Shown: piece after piece, positions 37,651 to 47,322 of the stretch
Layout: every line of letters starts with the position of its first letter
How positions within the stretch are numbered: the stretch's first letter is position 1
Virus record (IMG/VR): IMGVR_UViG_3300028361_000020
Span: 1 to 64,000 of that record
Reading direction: 5' to 3' (one strand)
Origin: a virus
Taxonomy: Duplodnaviria; Heunggongvirae; Uroviricota; Caudoviricetes
DNA length: 64,000 bases
The notes under the pieces: generated by a model
Database searches by the model: none
The model's input: only the letters and a program-made list of their open reading frames with translations
Told to the model about the DNA's origin: nothing
Position numbers and translations under genes: made by a program

Positions 37651-38566
37651 CAGCAACCTCCATCCATTTAGCACAAGCTTTCCATTGTACATTTGTGTTG
37701 ATGTGCTTTGATACATAATGCAATAACATCTCGCGCATGTCGTCGCCATCCAGCAAGCGAAACACAAAGCTGGCGTCGGTCTTGTTTTGCAACTTAGGAA
37801 TAAACTTTGTAGCAACCGACTTACGATCTGGATATTTTACAGCTTTTTCATAAAGTGCCTTGACACGATCTTCGGTGCGACCAAACGCATCCCAGAATCG
37901 AACTTCGAAATCGCGGATACGATCTGCATCTACTTGTGGCAACTGGCCGATCACATCGTCGAGATCCTCGTTGACAATCAATGCAACAATGTTACGATCG
38001 AACCGCACACGATCCAGTGTTTTATGGATACGCACATACCAGTCGTTCTTGCCTTTGTACATCTCGCCGTTGAAGCTGATGATAAACCCTTCACGACCTT
38101 CGTCGTTGCGGTGCTTGGCAACGTAGTCATCCAGCGTACCATCAACCGAGTCATGTAACACAACTTGTGTAATTGAGTCCGGTGTTGAATTCTGGCGACC
38201 CAAGTAGTTGCCAGTTAGATTATGACGGATTGCCAGCAGCACAAGGTCAGCAGATCGATATCCTAGCACAATCTGGTTATCGGGCGCTACAAACTCAAAC
38301 AATGGAGTAACTCCCATTTTTACAGCTTTTTCTAACCAATGCATTTCTGCTTGGTAGTTAGAACGAGTACGCATGTACCTTTCGGCTTGCTCGCTCACAT
38401 CAGTTACCCCCATCTTAGTAGCAAGACGGACAACGCCATTAATGATCAATGGTCTAATCATTGAGTTATGCACAAGAATGTTATTAGCAAAAAAATTATT
38501 AGTAGATGTCTGGATGTCATATCGGAGAGAATTGTTTCTAATTTTTTTAATATTTGCAATTTTCAC
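37634..38566 (-). CDS. rnlA: RNA ligase 1 (RnlA) C-terminal fragment preceded by a 34-aa split-intein C-half (IntC)
   Basis: MKIANIKKIRNNSLRYDIQTSTNNFFANNILVHN|S resembles DnaE IntC and ends with HN+Ser; the downstream extein SMIRPLIINGVVRL...FEFVAPDNQIVLGYR matches T4 Rnl1 after KEDG. Confidence 0.8.
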   Translation of the reverse strand: MKIANIKKIRNNSLRYDIQTSTNNFFANNILVHNSMIRPLIINGVVRLATKMGVTDVSEQAERYMRTRSNYQAEMHWLEKAVKMGVTPLFEFVAPDNQIVLGYRSADLVLLAIRHNLTGNYLGRQNSTPDSITQVVLHDSVDGTLDDYVAKHRNDEGREGFIISFNGEMYKGKNDWYVRIHKTLDRVRFDRNIVALIVNEDLDDVIGQLPQVDADRIRDFEVRFWDAFGRTEDRVKALYEKAVKYPDRKSVATKFIPKLQNKTDASFVFRLLDGDDMREMLLHYVSKHINTNVQWKACAKWMEVADAVVV

Positions 38567-38602
38567 AAATTTTCCTTTACAAAGTAGGTGTTTGTCTAGT
38601 TT

Positions 38603-38610
38603 TTATATAA
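38603..38610 (+). promoter_or_regulatory. T4-late-type promoter box TATAAATA upstream of the plus-strand homing endonuclease gene
   Basis: tttttaTATAAATAcc, then SD-like aaggat 8 nt before the ATG. Confidence 0.4.
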
Positions 38611-38634
38611 ATACCATACACGAAGAAATAAAGG

Positions 38635-39651
38635 ATGTCAACTATGAAATGTTATGTTTGTGAAGATAAAATAGAAGAAAAGTTCAGTCATTTTTATACA
38701 TGCGCTAACGGCTTATCCAAACCGGAACATTTAATAAATCTTATATGCTATAATTCTAACACAAGCAAGTCAGATTTTAAAAATGACCTAATAAATATGT
38801 ATGTTGTTCAGGATTTTTCAATTAAGGATTTATTAGATCATTTTAACATACAACGGTTATCAAGTAGTACGTTATATAAGATTATATATTACTTAGGTAT
38901 TCCTAAGAAGACTACCACGAGATCAAAACGAACTCAAGAAAAATACAAAAAAACTTGTCTTGAAAAATACGGCACAATAAATGCTCTTTCCAAAGATACA
39001 ATTGCATATCATAAACGAAATGATACTGTAAAACGTAAATATGAGGTCGACAATGTCAGATCGGCGCAAGAAATAAAGGATAAAATTAATATTACTATGC
39101 TTGCCAAATATGGAACACTACGAAGAACAAATATTGAGAAGCAGAAAGAAACAAAAGCAAACTGGTCTAATGAGTACAGAGCTGCGCTTGGTGATAAGAT
39201 TAGTGCTGGCCGTAAAAAGTGGTGGGCTAATTTAACAGATTCAGAAAAATATAATGCTTGTAAAAGATCTGGGCTTAACCAATATTCTGGCAAAATGAAT
39301 TCTATTGAGTCGGTAATTGCCGAGGCGCTAGCTTCATTAGGAATATCGTATATATTTTCATATTTTATTGGGAATAGACAATTTGACTTCAAGATAGGCA
39401 CTATATTGATTGAATGTCAAGGTGATTTCTGGCATGCTAACCCAATATTTTATAACGAAGGAGACGTTGTAACTCATCCAGGTAATAAAAATAAACCAGT
39501 ATCTGATATTTGGGAAAATGATAAAAAGAAACAATTACTTGCCGAAAAGAAAGGATTTACAGTTATTGAAATATGGGAATATGAAATTAATAACTGTACT
39601 GATCTACCCCAACTTATTCTTCAAAAAATAGAAGGTCTTCTTCCCCAGTGA
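38635..39651 (+). CDS. free-standing homing endonuclease-like gene (N-terminal Zn finger, KYGT repeats, C-terminal Vsr/DUF559-like PD-(D/E)xK nuclease domain) lying between the two rnlA fragments
   Basis: Only plus-strand gene in the region; AT-rich; C-terminal ILIECQGDFWH ... KGFTVIEIWEYE resembles Vsr/DUF559 motifs. Confidence 0.6.
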   Translation: MSTMKCYVCEDKIEEKFSHFYTCANGLSKPEHLINLICYNSNTSKSDFKNDLINMYVVQDFSIKDLLDHFNIQRLSSSTLYKIIYYLGIPKKTTTRSKRTQEKYKKTCLEKYGTINALSKDTIAYHKRNDTVKRKYEVDNVRSAQEIKDKINITMLAKYGTLRRTNIEKQKETKANWSNEYRAALGDKISAGRKKWWANLTDSEKYNACKRSGLNQYSGKMNSIESVIAEALASLGISYIFSYFIGNRQFDFKIGTILIECQGDFWHANPIFYNEGDVVTHPGNKNKPVSDIWENDKKKQLLAEKKGFTVIEIWEYEINNCTDLPQLILQKIEGLLPQ

Positions 39652-40303
39652 GCTCATCTGCCCGTATATAATCGCTTATATCGGTGCACCAAATTTTGTG
39701 ATTTCCAGTAAGTTTTAGGATATGCCCATTAGTCAATTCTATTTCATACCAATCATCACATTGGGTTTTAATAGCCGATGCCAATACAGGTGTCCACATT
39801 ATCTGCTTTTTTAAATTCTGCCCTAATACAAGTCCATTATAGTTAGTTTCACATAAAAATTTTATAGTTTTGCCACCATCAGGTGTTGCAATAATACTAT
39901 CTTCATCAAGACACCCGTCCATTTTTTCCATAACAGTGTGCGGACGTGTCATGTCGATGTTTTTTGACAGTGTTTCTTCACGCTCGTTGATGTTAAAAAA
40001 CTTGTGGAACGGACGAGACATAAGTTCTCCGTCTTCACCAAATATCAATCCGCGGCATTCGCGCTTGATCCTGCTGGACAGGCTGCGTTCTTCACGCATC
40101 TTTGCGCTGCCGCCTGCAACTGCAATTGGTGGAAAGGTGTCTGGCATGGACACGGCATAGTTAATTACAGTAAAGCCGTCGCGCTCTGCAACAATAAACT
40201 CGTCACATCCTTTGATATGCGGAAGTACATCGTTGATAGTGCGTATCTCGGGAAATTTGTAAGACATGTTGCCTCCATTAAACTCTAGCACTACTCGGTG
40301 CAT
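39614..40303 (-). CDS. rnlA: RNA ligase 1 (RnlA) N-terminal fragment fused to a split-intein N-half (IntN)
   Basis: RECRGLIFGEDGEL..RPFHKFFNINE..NIDMTRPHTVMEKMDG matches T4 Rnl1 up to the KxDG adenylation motif; it is followed directly by intein block A CLDEDSIIATPDGG and block B TNGHILKLTGNH. Confidence 0.8.
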   Translation of the reverse strand: MHRVVLEFNGGNMSYKFPEIRTINDVLPHIKGCDEFIVAERDGFTVINYAVSMPDTFPPIAVAGGSAKMREERSLSSRIKRECRGLIFGEDGELMSRPFHKFFNINEREETLSKNIDMTRPHTVMEKMDGCLDEDSIIATPDGGKTIKFLCETNYNGLVLGQNLKKQIMWTPVLASAIKTQCDDWYEIELTNGHILKLTGNHKIWCTDISDYIRADELTGEEDLLFFEE

Positions 40304-40354
40304 AATTTATATTACACTATAGCAGTCCTATAGTCAACGGCTAAAAACAATTTT

Positions 40355-40867
40355 TTACAGCAACGCATCGCCGTACATATCAAATATTCGAATATCATCA
40401 AACCCTTCAGTAAAGTCGGGCATCACAAAGCTCTTGGTCATGTTTGCAATAACAAATCCAGGAATTGTTTTACCTGGCCTGCTGACAAGACGATTCTGCC
40501 AATTGGCCCAGTCGTCAACGTCCGCCACGGATGGATGCAAATAGCATTCACAAATTATATCGTATGCATTCTTTTTCATACGTTCAACAATAACGGCTCG
40601 CTTGTTAACACCCATGTTGGTTTGATCCCAGATCACATCATGTTTGTCTTGGAGAGCAAACACCAATCCTTCTTCTGCAATTTTCACAGCATTTTTATAT
40701 TGAGACTCGAACACATCGTTGTAGGTTTTACCCAAAGCGAGTGCAATCAGTTCAAGTTCGGCATCTGTGCTGTACACATATGCATCGCGGTCCATTTCGA
40801 CCATCTGTTTTACGCGAGTGCTTTTTCCTACTGCTGGCGCGCCAACTAATACATAACAAGTTGCCAT
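40355..40867 (-). CDS. P-loop kinase (polynucleotide/nucleoside kinase-like, Pnk-kinase-domain-like)
   Basis: Walker A LVGAPAVGKST at the N-terminus; 170 aa; adjacent to rnlA. Confidence 0.5.
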   Translation of the reverse strand: MATCYVLVGAPAVGKSTRVKQMVEMDRDAYVYSTDAELELIALALGKTYNDVFESQYKNAVKIAEEGLVFALQDKHDVIWDQTNMGVNKRAVIVERMKKNAYDIICECYLHPSVADVDDWANWQNRLVSRPGKTIPGFVIANMTKSFVMPDFTEGFDDIRIFDMYGDALL

Positions 40868-40868
40868 T

Positions 40869-41186
40869 TTATTTCTCCTTGGTTAGCTGTGTTATCGTGT
40901 ATGCTTTAACGTCCCATACGGACGGGTTGTTGTATGTGGCACAGGCCTTGGTAATTGCAGCTTCTGCATCTGCCGTGTACACATATCCTAAATGATTTGT
41001 ACCCGCATGCACAGAAAAGCATCTAATCTTTTCTAAGGTATCTGCATTTTCCATATGTTTACAATGCATATGCAGGGTCAGATGGTAATTGGGTAGATTC
41101 ACACACAACATCAAATTGGTCGGTAGGAAACATTGTAGTTGCAAGCTCGTCAGTGAGTTGCTGGTATGCCGAAGTTGTATCAGCAA
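40869..41186 (-). CDS. hypothetical protein, 105 aa
   Basis: ORF. Confidence 0.35.
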   Translation of the reverse strand: MLIQLRHTSNSLTSLQLQCFLPTNLMLCVNLPNYHLTLHMHCKHMENADTLEKIRCFSVHAGTNHLGYVYTADAEAAITKACATYNNPSVWDVKAYTITQLTKEK

Positions 41187-41258
41187 GTATCATTGCAGAA
41201 AAGACTTCGCATTGTGCCAATGGCATCGCGCCAAATACAATCATTAAAATTAACAATC

Positions 41259-41570
41259 TCATAATACTTTTTCGCAGTCGGTGACATCAAACTCAACACT
41301 TTCAACTGTGCTCTGAAGAATAAATTCACTGTCAAACCCGTCGCGGCTGGCGACGCCTAGTGCAAGTTCCTCGGATGGCCAAAGAGTTGCTCCGGATGAT
41401 CCATCGCCATGATCTGTGATTCTAACCCATGCTGTAACTTTGACTGATTGTCGTTGAGCCCATCCTAAGCGAAATGCATCAGCCAGCTGGCTGGGTTCGT
41501 CTGTTTTCATTCCGTGATTGATTAACGCTTGTGTTAGTTCGACGCCGTCGTCTTGCATATGCATAGACAT
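41259..41570 (-). CDS. hypothetical protein, 103 aa
   Basis: ORF. Confidence 0.4.
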   Translation of the reverse strand: MSMHMQDDGVELTQALINHGMKTDEPSQLADAFRLGWAQRQSVKVTAWVRITDHGDGSSGATLWPSEELALGVASRDGFDSEFILQSTVESVEFDVTDCEKVL

Positions 41571-41707
41571 TGTATCTTTCCGATCTTTGTTTCTATTTGC
41601 CTAAGTAAAATTCAATAAAGCTGATGTTAGGAGTGTCTCTGATGCTGCATGTACACAACGCAAGGCACCCTACTAAGCCAAAGAGTATTGCAATGTTGAG
41701 GATTGTT

Positions 41708-42157
41708 CTACGCGTCATCTATTGGTCCGAGTCCTAGAAGGACTCGACGATTGTTTTCTATACGCCTGGCTTCTAGTTTATCAAGCATACGCTGGGCGTC
41801 ATCGGCTATGTCGTCATCGTCGCCCCAGTCATCGTCATCGTTGTCTCGCTCATCTACTGCACCAGGGTATTCTTCCCATCGGCCCAACTCATAATCCCAA
41901 TGTCGTGAGTCATACATTTTCATATTGAACCAATACCCAAATAAATCAATACACAGTTCTGGACCTGCATGATCCTCGCCAGTCCAGCCAAGATCAAGTG
42001 TCAGCTCAAGTAGGTTTCGCGTACAGGCGAACTTACTGATTTGGACTTCCCAATGTTTGCGTTGCGAAAATGATCCTTGTTTGTAATAATAATCTTTGCT
42101 TGAGGCAGACGACTCTTGAGGTCGCCAATTTCTAATGATCCATGATAAACGTATCAT
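41708..42157 (-). CDS. hypothetical acidic (Asp-rich) protein, 149 aa
   Basis: ORF. Confidence 0.4.
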   Translation of the reverse strand: MIRLSWIIRNWRPQESSASSKDYYYKQGSFSQRKHWEVQISKFACTRNLLELTLDLGWTGEDHAGPELCIDLFGYWFNMKMYDSRHWDYELGRWEEYPGAVDERDNDDDDWGDDDDIADDAQRMLDKLEARRIENNRRVLLGLGPIDDA

Positions 42158-42459
42158 GTTAGTTCCTCTGTGTCGTGTGTGCCAATTATGACTTCGGCTC
42201 GTACATCAGTGAGGTGGAATTCAACAACCTTGTATCCTTGTTGTGCCATGTTGTCCCATTTGCCTTTGGTCATGGCGTCCATAGTGCCGCCATGACAACT
42301 GCCGCCATGATAAAGGCTGTACTTCGACATCCATAGGACGGCATCCTTTGCAGCTTCACGGCTGGCACGGATTGTTTCAGGAATCACAACAGGTGATCCC
42401 CATTCTGGGTCCATGATTGCAAAAAATCTCTGATTCACTTTTACATTAACTGTGGTCAT
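42154..42459 (-). CDS. hypothetical protein, 101 aa
   Basis: ORF. Confidence 0.4.
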   Translation of the reverse strand: MTTVNVKVNQRFFAIMDPEWGSPVVIPETIRASREAAKDAVLWMSKYSLYHGGSCHGGTMDAMTKGKWDNMAQQGYKVVEFHLTDVRAEVIIGTHDTEELT

Positions 42460-42495
42460 TGTCAGTTCCTCTTGATGTGTGTAGTGTATGCTTGC

Positions 42496-42524
42496 ACATT
42501 AGCACAAGCATACACTATTGTCAA
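42496..42524 (-). promoter_or_regulatory. sigma70-like promoter TTGACA-17-TAATGT with a 12-bp perfect inverted repeat embedded in the spacer and -10 region
   Basis: agtgtatgcttg...caagcatacact hairpin between rIIB and the next gene. Confidence 0.45.
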
Positions 42525-42529
42525 GCTAC

Positions 42530-43366
42530 TTACTCGGTTGCAGTATTTGCGTTTTCCTGCACAGCAGCAGTGAATGCATCAGCTGGATCTACACCAAGCT
42601 CGCCAACTACCGTGTAGGAGCATGTACGACCCTTGCTGTCGCGGTAGTCGCTGGGCACACTAACAACGTCCATAGGATTGATCTTTAGGATCATGATACG
42701 CTCTCCGCCGAAGCTGTTGAGGTAATCTTCACTGCAAAAATGCAATCCATCCGAGCAAGTCTGGTCTTTGTCGTCGTTGACCATGTTGCGCGGCATTGTG
42801 ACAACAGTCATGTCGTTTTCAAGTGTGACTTCTACTTCTTTCAAACGTCCAGAAACAGTGTCTGCCATGGCAGTCTTCTCTTCGTCAGTCAGCAAGTATG
42901 CTGGCTTGTTTGATACTGTACCGGAGTAACAGTCTAGGTAGCTGTCTCTTACGCGCTTGTACGCCAAAAAGCAACCGTCTGGAGTAATAGGCAGACAATT
43001 CTTTTCCAAGAAGCCGTACAGCTCTTTTACTGCGCGGTGACTTGGGTTGCTCTGCAAGTTCTCCATGAATAGAACTAATGGCTCGATTGGAAATCCTTCT
43101 TGTAGCATTTCGATCATACGCTTTGACAATGCGTTGTGCATTTCTCTGCCGTCCCAGAACAGTTTCTCGCCTTGGACTTCGACACGACCGTTGCCGTATT
43201 CGAGTACAACCTTTTCTGGATCGATGATCTTCTTCACAGTTTCCCAGTCGCCGGCAATGATAGCATCTTTGACTTTGGTATAGGTCACGTGTGTTTTAGC
43301 AATAGTATGTGGTGTGTTGTTGACAACAACAACAATGTTGTTGCCTTGCATCATATATGGAAGCAT
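42530..43366 (-). CDS. rIIB: rIIB membrane-associated protein
   Basis: C-terminal half (FMENLQSNPSHRAVKELYGFL..DQTCSDGLHFCS..PMDVVSVPSDY) aligns with T4 rIIB. Confidence 0.8.
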   Translation of the reverse strand: MLPYMMQGNNIVVVVNNTPHTIAKTHVTYTKVKDAIIAGDWETVKKIIDPEKVVLEYGNGRVEVQGEKLFWDGREMHNALSKRMIEMLQEGFPIEPLVLFMENLQSNPSHRAVKELYGFLEKNCLPITPDGCFLAYKRVRDSYLDCYSGTVSNKPAYLLTDEEKTAMADTVSGRLKEVEVTLENDMTVVTMPRNMVNDDKDQTCSDGLHFCSEDYLNSFGGERIMILKINPMDVVSVPSDYRDSKGRTCSYTVVGELGVDPADAFTAAVQENANTATE

Positions 43367-43367
43367 A

Positions 43368-45506
43368 TTATGTTAGTCCTTTATGTTGATCGACGAGGTT
43401 AATATATTCTGCAACAATAGTCTCGTCGTAGTACCTACTGCGCTGCATTTGTTGTATCATTGAGTAACGACTGCGGATCCCCTCGATTTCTTTGGTCGCT
43501 GTTTCTTCTAACAGTGTTAAGTTAAGTGAGCTTTCGATTGTGTTTGAAAGCTCAAACAAGCTGCGGTCGCCTCCTACAGGAACTTCAGGAAGCTTTTTGC
43601 AAAACGCTCGCATTGGACTTTTTTCGTCCAACATGTTAACAAGCTTCTTATTATAATAGATTGATTCTCTATCTTTGTCAACCCGTGAAAGCACCATGCT
43701 AAGTAAATTTTCGGATTTAAGTTCGCCCAGTACTTCTTCTACAAGGTCCTCATATCTCACCCAATTAGGCAAAGCTTCTACTGCGGCGACATCAGTCTTG
43801 CGTACCCCATACATTGCAACAGTTGACAGTTTTGGATGACCGCTTGCTTTCATGGCACGGTAAACATTCTTAACATTGATGTCTTTGCCTGCCTTAGAAA
43901 TTCCTTTGAATCCTGTAATAGGGACATAGCAATAGATTTTAGTATTATCCATGTCTCCTGGAGACATTGTGCATTCGCTCCACGTCATGGAATTATTGTA
44001 ATGGCATGTGTCTATTTTAAGCAGTGTGATCTTTTCTGACATTCTTGAAACTGTATCAGGCTTTGTTAAATCAGTAACGTCAATGACCTGATTTTCCGGA
44101 GGATTGTGAATGGCAGCCAAAAACCCTGCAACATCAACTGGCTTGTCTGCATTCTTTGCAAAAATTACAAATGCCGTCTTGCCTTTCTCATAAGCAATTT
44201 TGACATGATATTTGCTGCGTTCCCACATGCGAGCATTGTCGGTGTTTTTAATAAACAACACATCTTTGCAGCATTCCACTAACCAAAGACCCCCATACCC
44301 GGCCTTCTTCTCGGTTGCAATTTTGCTCAGTCCGCCGCTGGCGTAAGACCCTTTGGCTGTTGAGAATGATCGCAACACAACATTGAATTTTTTGGCAATG
44401 TCTTCTACATTTAATTTTATGGATGAGTTGTAATAGTATCTATTTCCGAATAAGAACGGAATCTTGTTGTTGTCAATATAGTGCTGGACCACTCCGCTCC
44501 ATAATTGGTTTTTTGCCTTGTTCCTCAAAAATTGTACTCGGTCCCACGTGTTTTCAATTGATTTCATTTCCGCAATCAGTGTTACTTCTAATGCATCAGC
44601 AATTTCTTTGTATTTTGCTTTGATTTTAGTAATAGTGCATTCAGTGTACTGAAGTCCTTCTCGGCTTGCCTGGAATTCAATTTCGCCTAATTCAAATTTG
44701 ATATCAAGTCCAGTGTTGCTGACAAAATTCAAGTCACCTAATTTTCGGTCACTGCTTGGAATTTCAATCGGATAGGCAATGTTGCCCATGATTGCATTGT
44801 TAGTAGACTTGGCGTAGGCCATCTGGCTATTACGCGAAAACACGTTGGCAACAATACATTTGCCTTCATATTCAACCGTGTTAAACTCTATTTCGGTGCC
44901 GGTTAGATTTGGCACAAGATCGAAATATGTAAACACAGACTTGGCTTCTGTACTAAAGCGCCAGAAATCATCAGCGTCAGTTACTGCAAATTTTACTTCA
45001 ACACCAGACGGCTCGTCTGTTTTCTCCACACCCATCTCAGCAACACTCGGAACACCGTCGTCGTTGATAAAAGCACTAAAAATGCCCTTGACGCCGTCTT
45101 TAATAGCAATAACGGTGAAGCTGTCAGTGTAGCTAAATGGCGACTTTGATCCAAGACCTAGTGCGCCGATAAAGTCATTACTGTCGGCTTTGGTGCTTTC
45201 GAAGTAAGTGGTGTAGATGTGTGTAACATCATCGAGGTTCAAGCCAATACCATAATCGCGAATTGCAAAGTACGGCTGGAGCCTTGTCGGTAAGTGCAAA
45301 TCAAATGGTGTGTTGCGCTTTCCAGCTGCAACATGACTGTCGACTGCGTTGCAGCTAAGTTCTCGGATGATTGCTCGAATTTTGTTTGCATACAAACCAC
45401 TTGACAGAATACCAAATGCCTTTGCGCTATTTTTGATCTTGAATTCACTAACCTTAGTGATTCCGCCAAAGACTGCCTTGTCTGCTGGCGCTGAGTTAAT
45501 AATCAT
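43368..45506 (-). CDS. rIIA: rIIA protein (GHKL-ATPase-like N-terminus)
   Basis: KAFGILSSGLYANKIRAIIRELSCNAVDSH and IGALGLGSKSPFSYTDSFTV nearly match T4 rIIA. Confidence 0.85.
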   Translation of the reverse strand: MIINSAPADKAVFGGITKVSEFKIKNSAKAFGILSSGLYANKIRAIIRELSCNAVDSHVAAGKRNTPFDLHLPTRLQPYFAIRDYGIGLNLDDVTHIYTTYFESTKADSNDFIGALGLGSKSPFSYTDSFTVIAIKDGVKGIFSAFINDDGVPSVAEMGVEKTDEPSGVEVKFAVTDADDFWRFSTEAKSVFTYFDLVPNLTGTEIEFNTVEYEGKCIVANVFSRNSQMAYAKSTNNAIMGNIAYPIEIPSSDRKLGDLNFVSNTGLDIKFELGEIEFQASREGLQYTECTITKIKAKYKEIADALEVTLIAEMKSIENTWDRVQFLRNKAKNQLWSGVVQHYIDNNKIPFLFGNRYYYNSSIKLNVEDIAKKFNVVLRSFSTAKGSYASGGLSKIATEKKAGYGGLWLVECCKDVLFIKNTDNARMWERSKYHVKIAYEKGKTAFVIFAKNADKPVDVAGFLAAIHNPPENQVIDVTDLTKPDTVSRMSEKITLLKIDTCHYNNSMTWSECTMSPGDMDNTKIYCYVPITGFKGISKAGKDINVKNVYRAMKASGHPKLSTVAMYGVRKTDVAAVEALPNWVRYEDLVEEVLGELKSENLLSMVLSRVDKDRESIYYNKKLVNMLDEKSPMRAFCKKLPEVPVGGDRSLFELSNTIESSLNLTLLEETATKEIEGIRSRYSMIQQMQRSRYYDETIVAEYINLVDQHKGLT

Positions 45507-45590
45507 GTTTGCTGTGCCTTTGTTGGGTTGTGCCTAATAAACATAGCACAATAATAATGCTATGTCTAGTTTATTCATTGAACGTCTGGG

Positions 45591-46160
45591 TTATCGAAGT
45601 TCAATTGCTTCTTCTACGCCTGTGTCAAACGCTTCTTCTGTGCGAAAGTTTGTTACAATAACAAATTCGTCTAGATCAGTCTTTGGATATCCTGCAATCC
45701 GCATCCACGTGCCGCCCCAGAATGAACCAAGCGCAGTTTCGTACACACGTTTTTGGTCAATTAACCGAGTCTGCGCTAGACGAAAGTCTTCACGTCCACC
45801 GGTGATAATACGCTGCAATTCTACATACACTTGGCTGTCAAGGGTTGGGTTCTGTTCCTGAATAAACTGGAACATTGCCTGCGATCCCTCGTCGCCATAA
45901 CGTGCATCGAGTGCTGCTGTTACCACGTCTCTGAGATCATCTCGTTGCATTGTTGGAATTTGCGCAGCTTCGGCAATGGTGTTGCTATAGTTGGCTAGCA
46001 CGTTCTTGTTGTCTTGAAATGTTGCAATGATAACATTTTCAAGTCTGTTGCCAGTGTCGAAAGCTGAAATATAACTTCCTGCTGTGATTACAGCAATTCC
46101 GCCAATTACAATAGTTGTGGCTATTAAACTCTTCATAGTACTTCCTTTAAAATACTTCAT
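45591..46160 (-). CDS. LemA-like membrane protein, 189 aa
   Basis: N-terminal TM plus a LemA-like helical body; tentative. Confidence 0.4.
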   Translation of the reverse strand: MKYFKGSTMKSLIATTIVIGGIAVITAGSYISAFDTGNRLENVIIATFQDNKNVLANYSNTIAEAAQIPTMQRDDLRDVVTAALDARYGDEGSQAMFQFIQEQNPTLDSQVYVELQRIITGGREDFRLAQTRLIDQKRVYETALGSFWGGTWMRIAGYPKTDLDEFVIVTNFRTEEAFDTGVEEAIELR

Positions 46161-47256
46161 GCTTATGGAACATGTAAGTTATAACTGGTGTTACAACTAG
46201 CAACGTCATTGCTGCTAGTACAAGCGCCCAGATCGGTGGTGCAATTTCTTCTGCTAGATACTCAAACTCGTCCATGGATCTTAGTTGGAAGTTTTCTAAC
46301 ACTGCATCTTCTATTATAGCATCAATTGCCTGAGTGTCAAGTGAATCCAGCGCAAGAATGTTATTTTCTATGGCCAACCCAACAATACTGTTGCTGCTCC
46401 AGTGTCGCACGTCTACCCAACTAATCGCATCCCCGTCCATTCCGATCACAGTAACCACATCGTTAATGTTGTGAGCTTCCCACGCTTGTGCTAGTGCTAG
46501 TGCAAAGCTCGGCGGACCGCCAGTTACCACTACAATAGCATTTGCGCCGGTTTTGCGTATGTTGGCATTTACAACTGCAAAGTCTTTGTTCCATTGAGTG
46601 TGCAGCGCACTGGATGTCTTGTAGCCAGTGAATATCACACGGTTTGCAATGTAATAGTCTCGAACGCGCGGATATGCAATGGGCAACACCTCAACTGGCT
46701 CGTCTTCTGCAAACAAGCTGTCAACTGCGCCACGGATATAATTGGTGTACCTTTGCGATGTAGTGACAGGATCTCCAAGTGCAACTTGTGCAAACCTTGC
46801 TGGTGTTGTGCTGCCTTGCTTGTCTTCTCTTGCAATTTCAAAGCGTATGTCAAGATCAGAGTCTAGGAAGTATCTGCGTTCCCATTCAAAAATAGATTTG
46901 TATTCTGTTCTATAATTAGTAGTACAAGAGCGCTGCCCGTTGCTGTTTGTCGAGCAGGTTTGCCCGTCGGGTACAAACCGAGTGCGATATTCTGTGCAGA
47001 AATTGTCAGATGATCTTTGCCAACCTCTCTGACATGATTCCTGTATCGTATCTAGCTTGGTTACTACTCCGTTGATCAACTGTGTGTCAGAGGTTTGTCC
47101 AAAGCTGCCAGCAGCAAAGATAAGCACAAGGACCAGCAGCGTTCCGCCAGCTTGCACTCCAAACTCTTTCCATGTGTATTCCCAGTTGAAATACAGTTTT
47201 ACAATACCCATCACTACAAGTGCAGGAATAAGGAAGAACAGAATACTAAGTCCCAT
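46147..47256 (-). CDS. membrane protein with N- and C-terminal TM helices, 369 aa (possible partner of the LemA-like protein)
   Basis: ORF; TM at both ends. Confidence 0.4.
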   Translation of the reverse strand: MGLSILFFLIPALVVMGIVKLYFNWEYTWKEFGVQAGGTLLVLVLIFAAGSFGQTSDTQLINGVVTKLDTIQESCQRGWQRSSDNFCTEYRTRFVPDGQTCSTNSNGQRSCTTNYRTEYKSIFEWERRYFLDSDLDIRFEIAREDKQGSTTPARFAQVALGDPVTTSQRYTNYIRGAVDSLFAEDEPVEVLPIAYPRVRDYYIANRVIFTGYKTSSALHTQWNKDFAVVNANIRKTGANAIVVVTGGPPSFALALAQAWEAHNINDVVTVIGMDGDAISWVDVRHWSSNSIVGLAIENNILALDSLDTQAIDAIIEDAVLENFQLRSMDEFEYLAEEIAPPIWALVLAAMTLLVVTPVITYMFHKHEVF

Positions 47257-47322
47257 TAGGTGATCCTTTTGTTATTTTAGTCATAGTAAATTACTAACAT
47301 GCTAATTCAACAATGTCAACAA

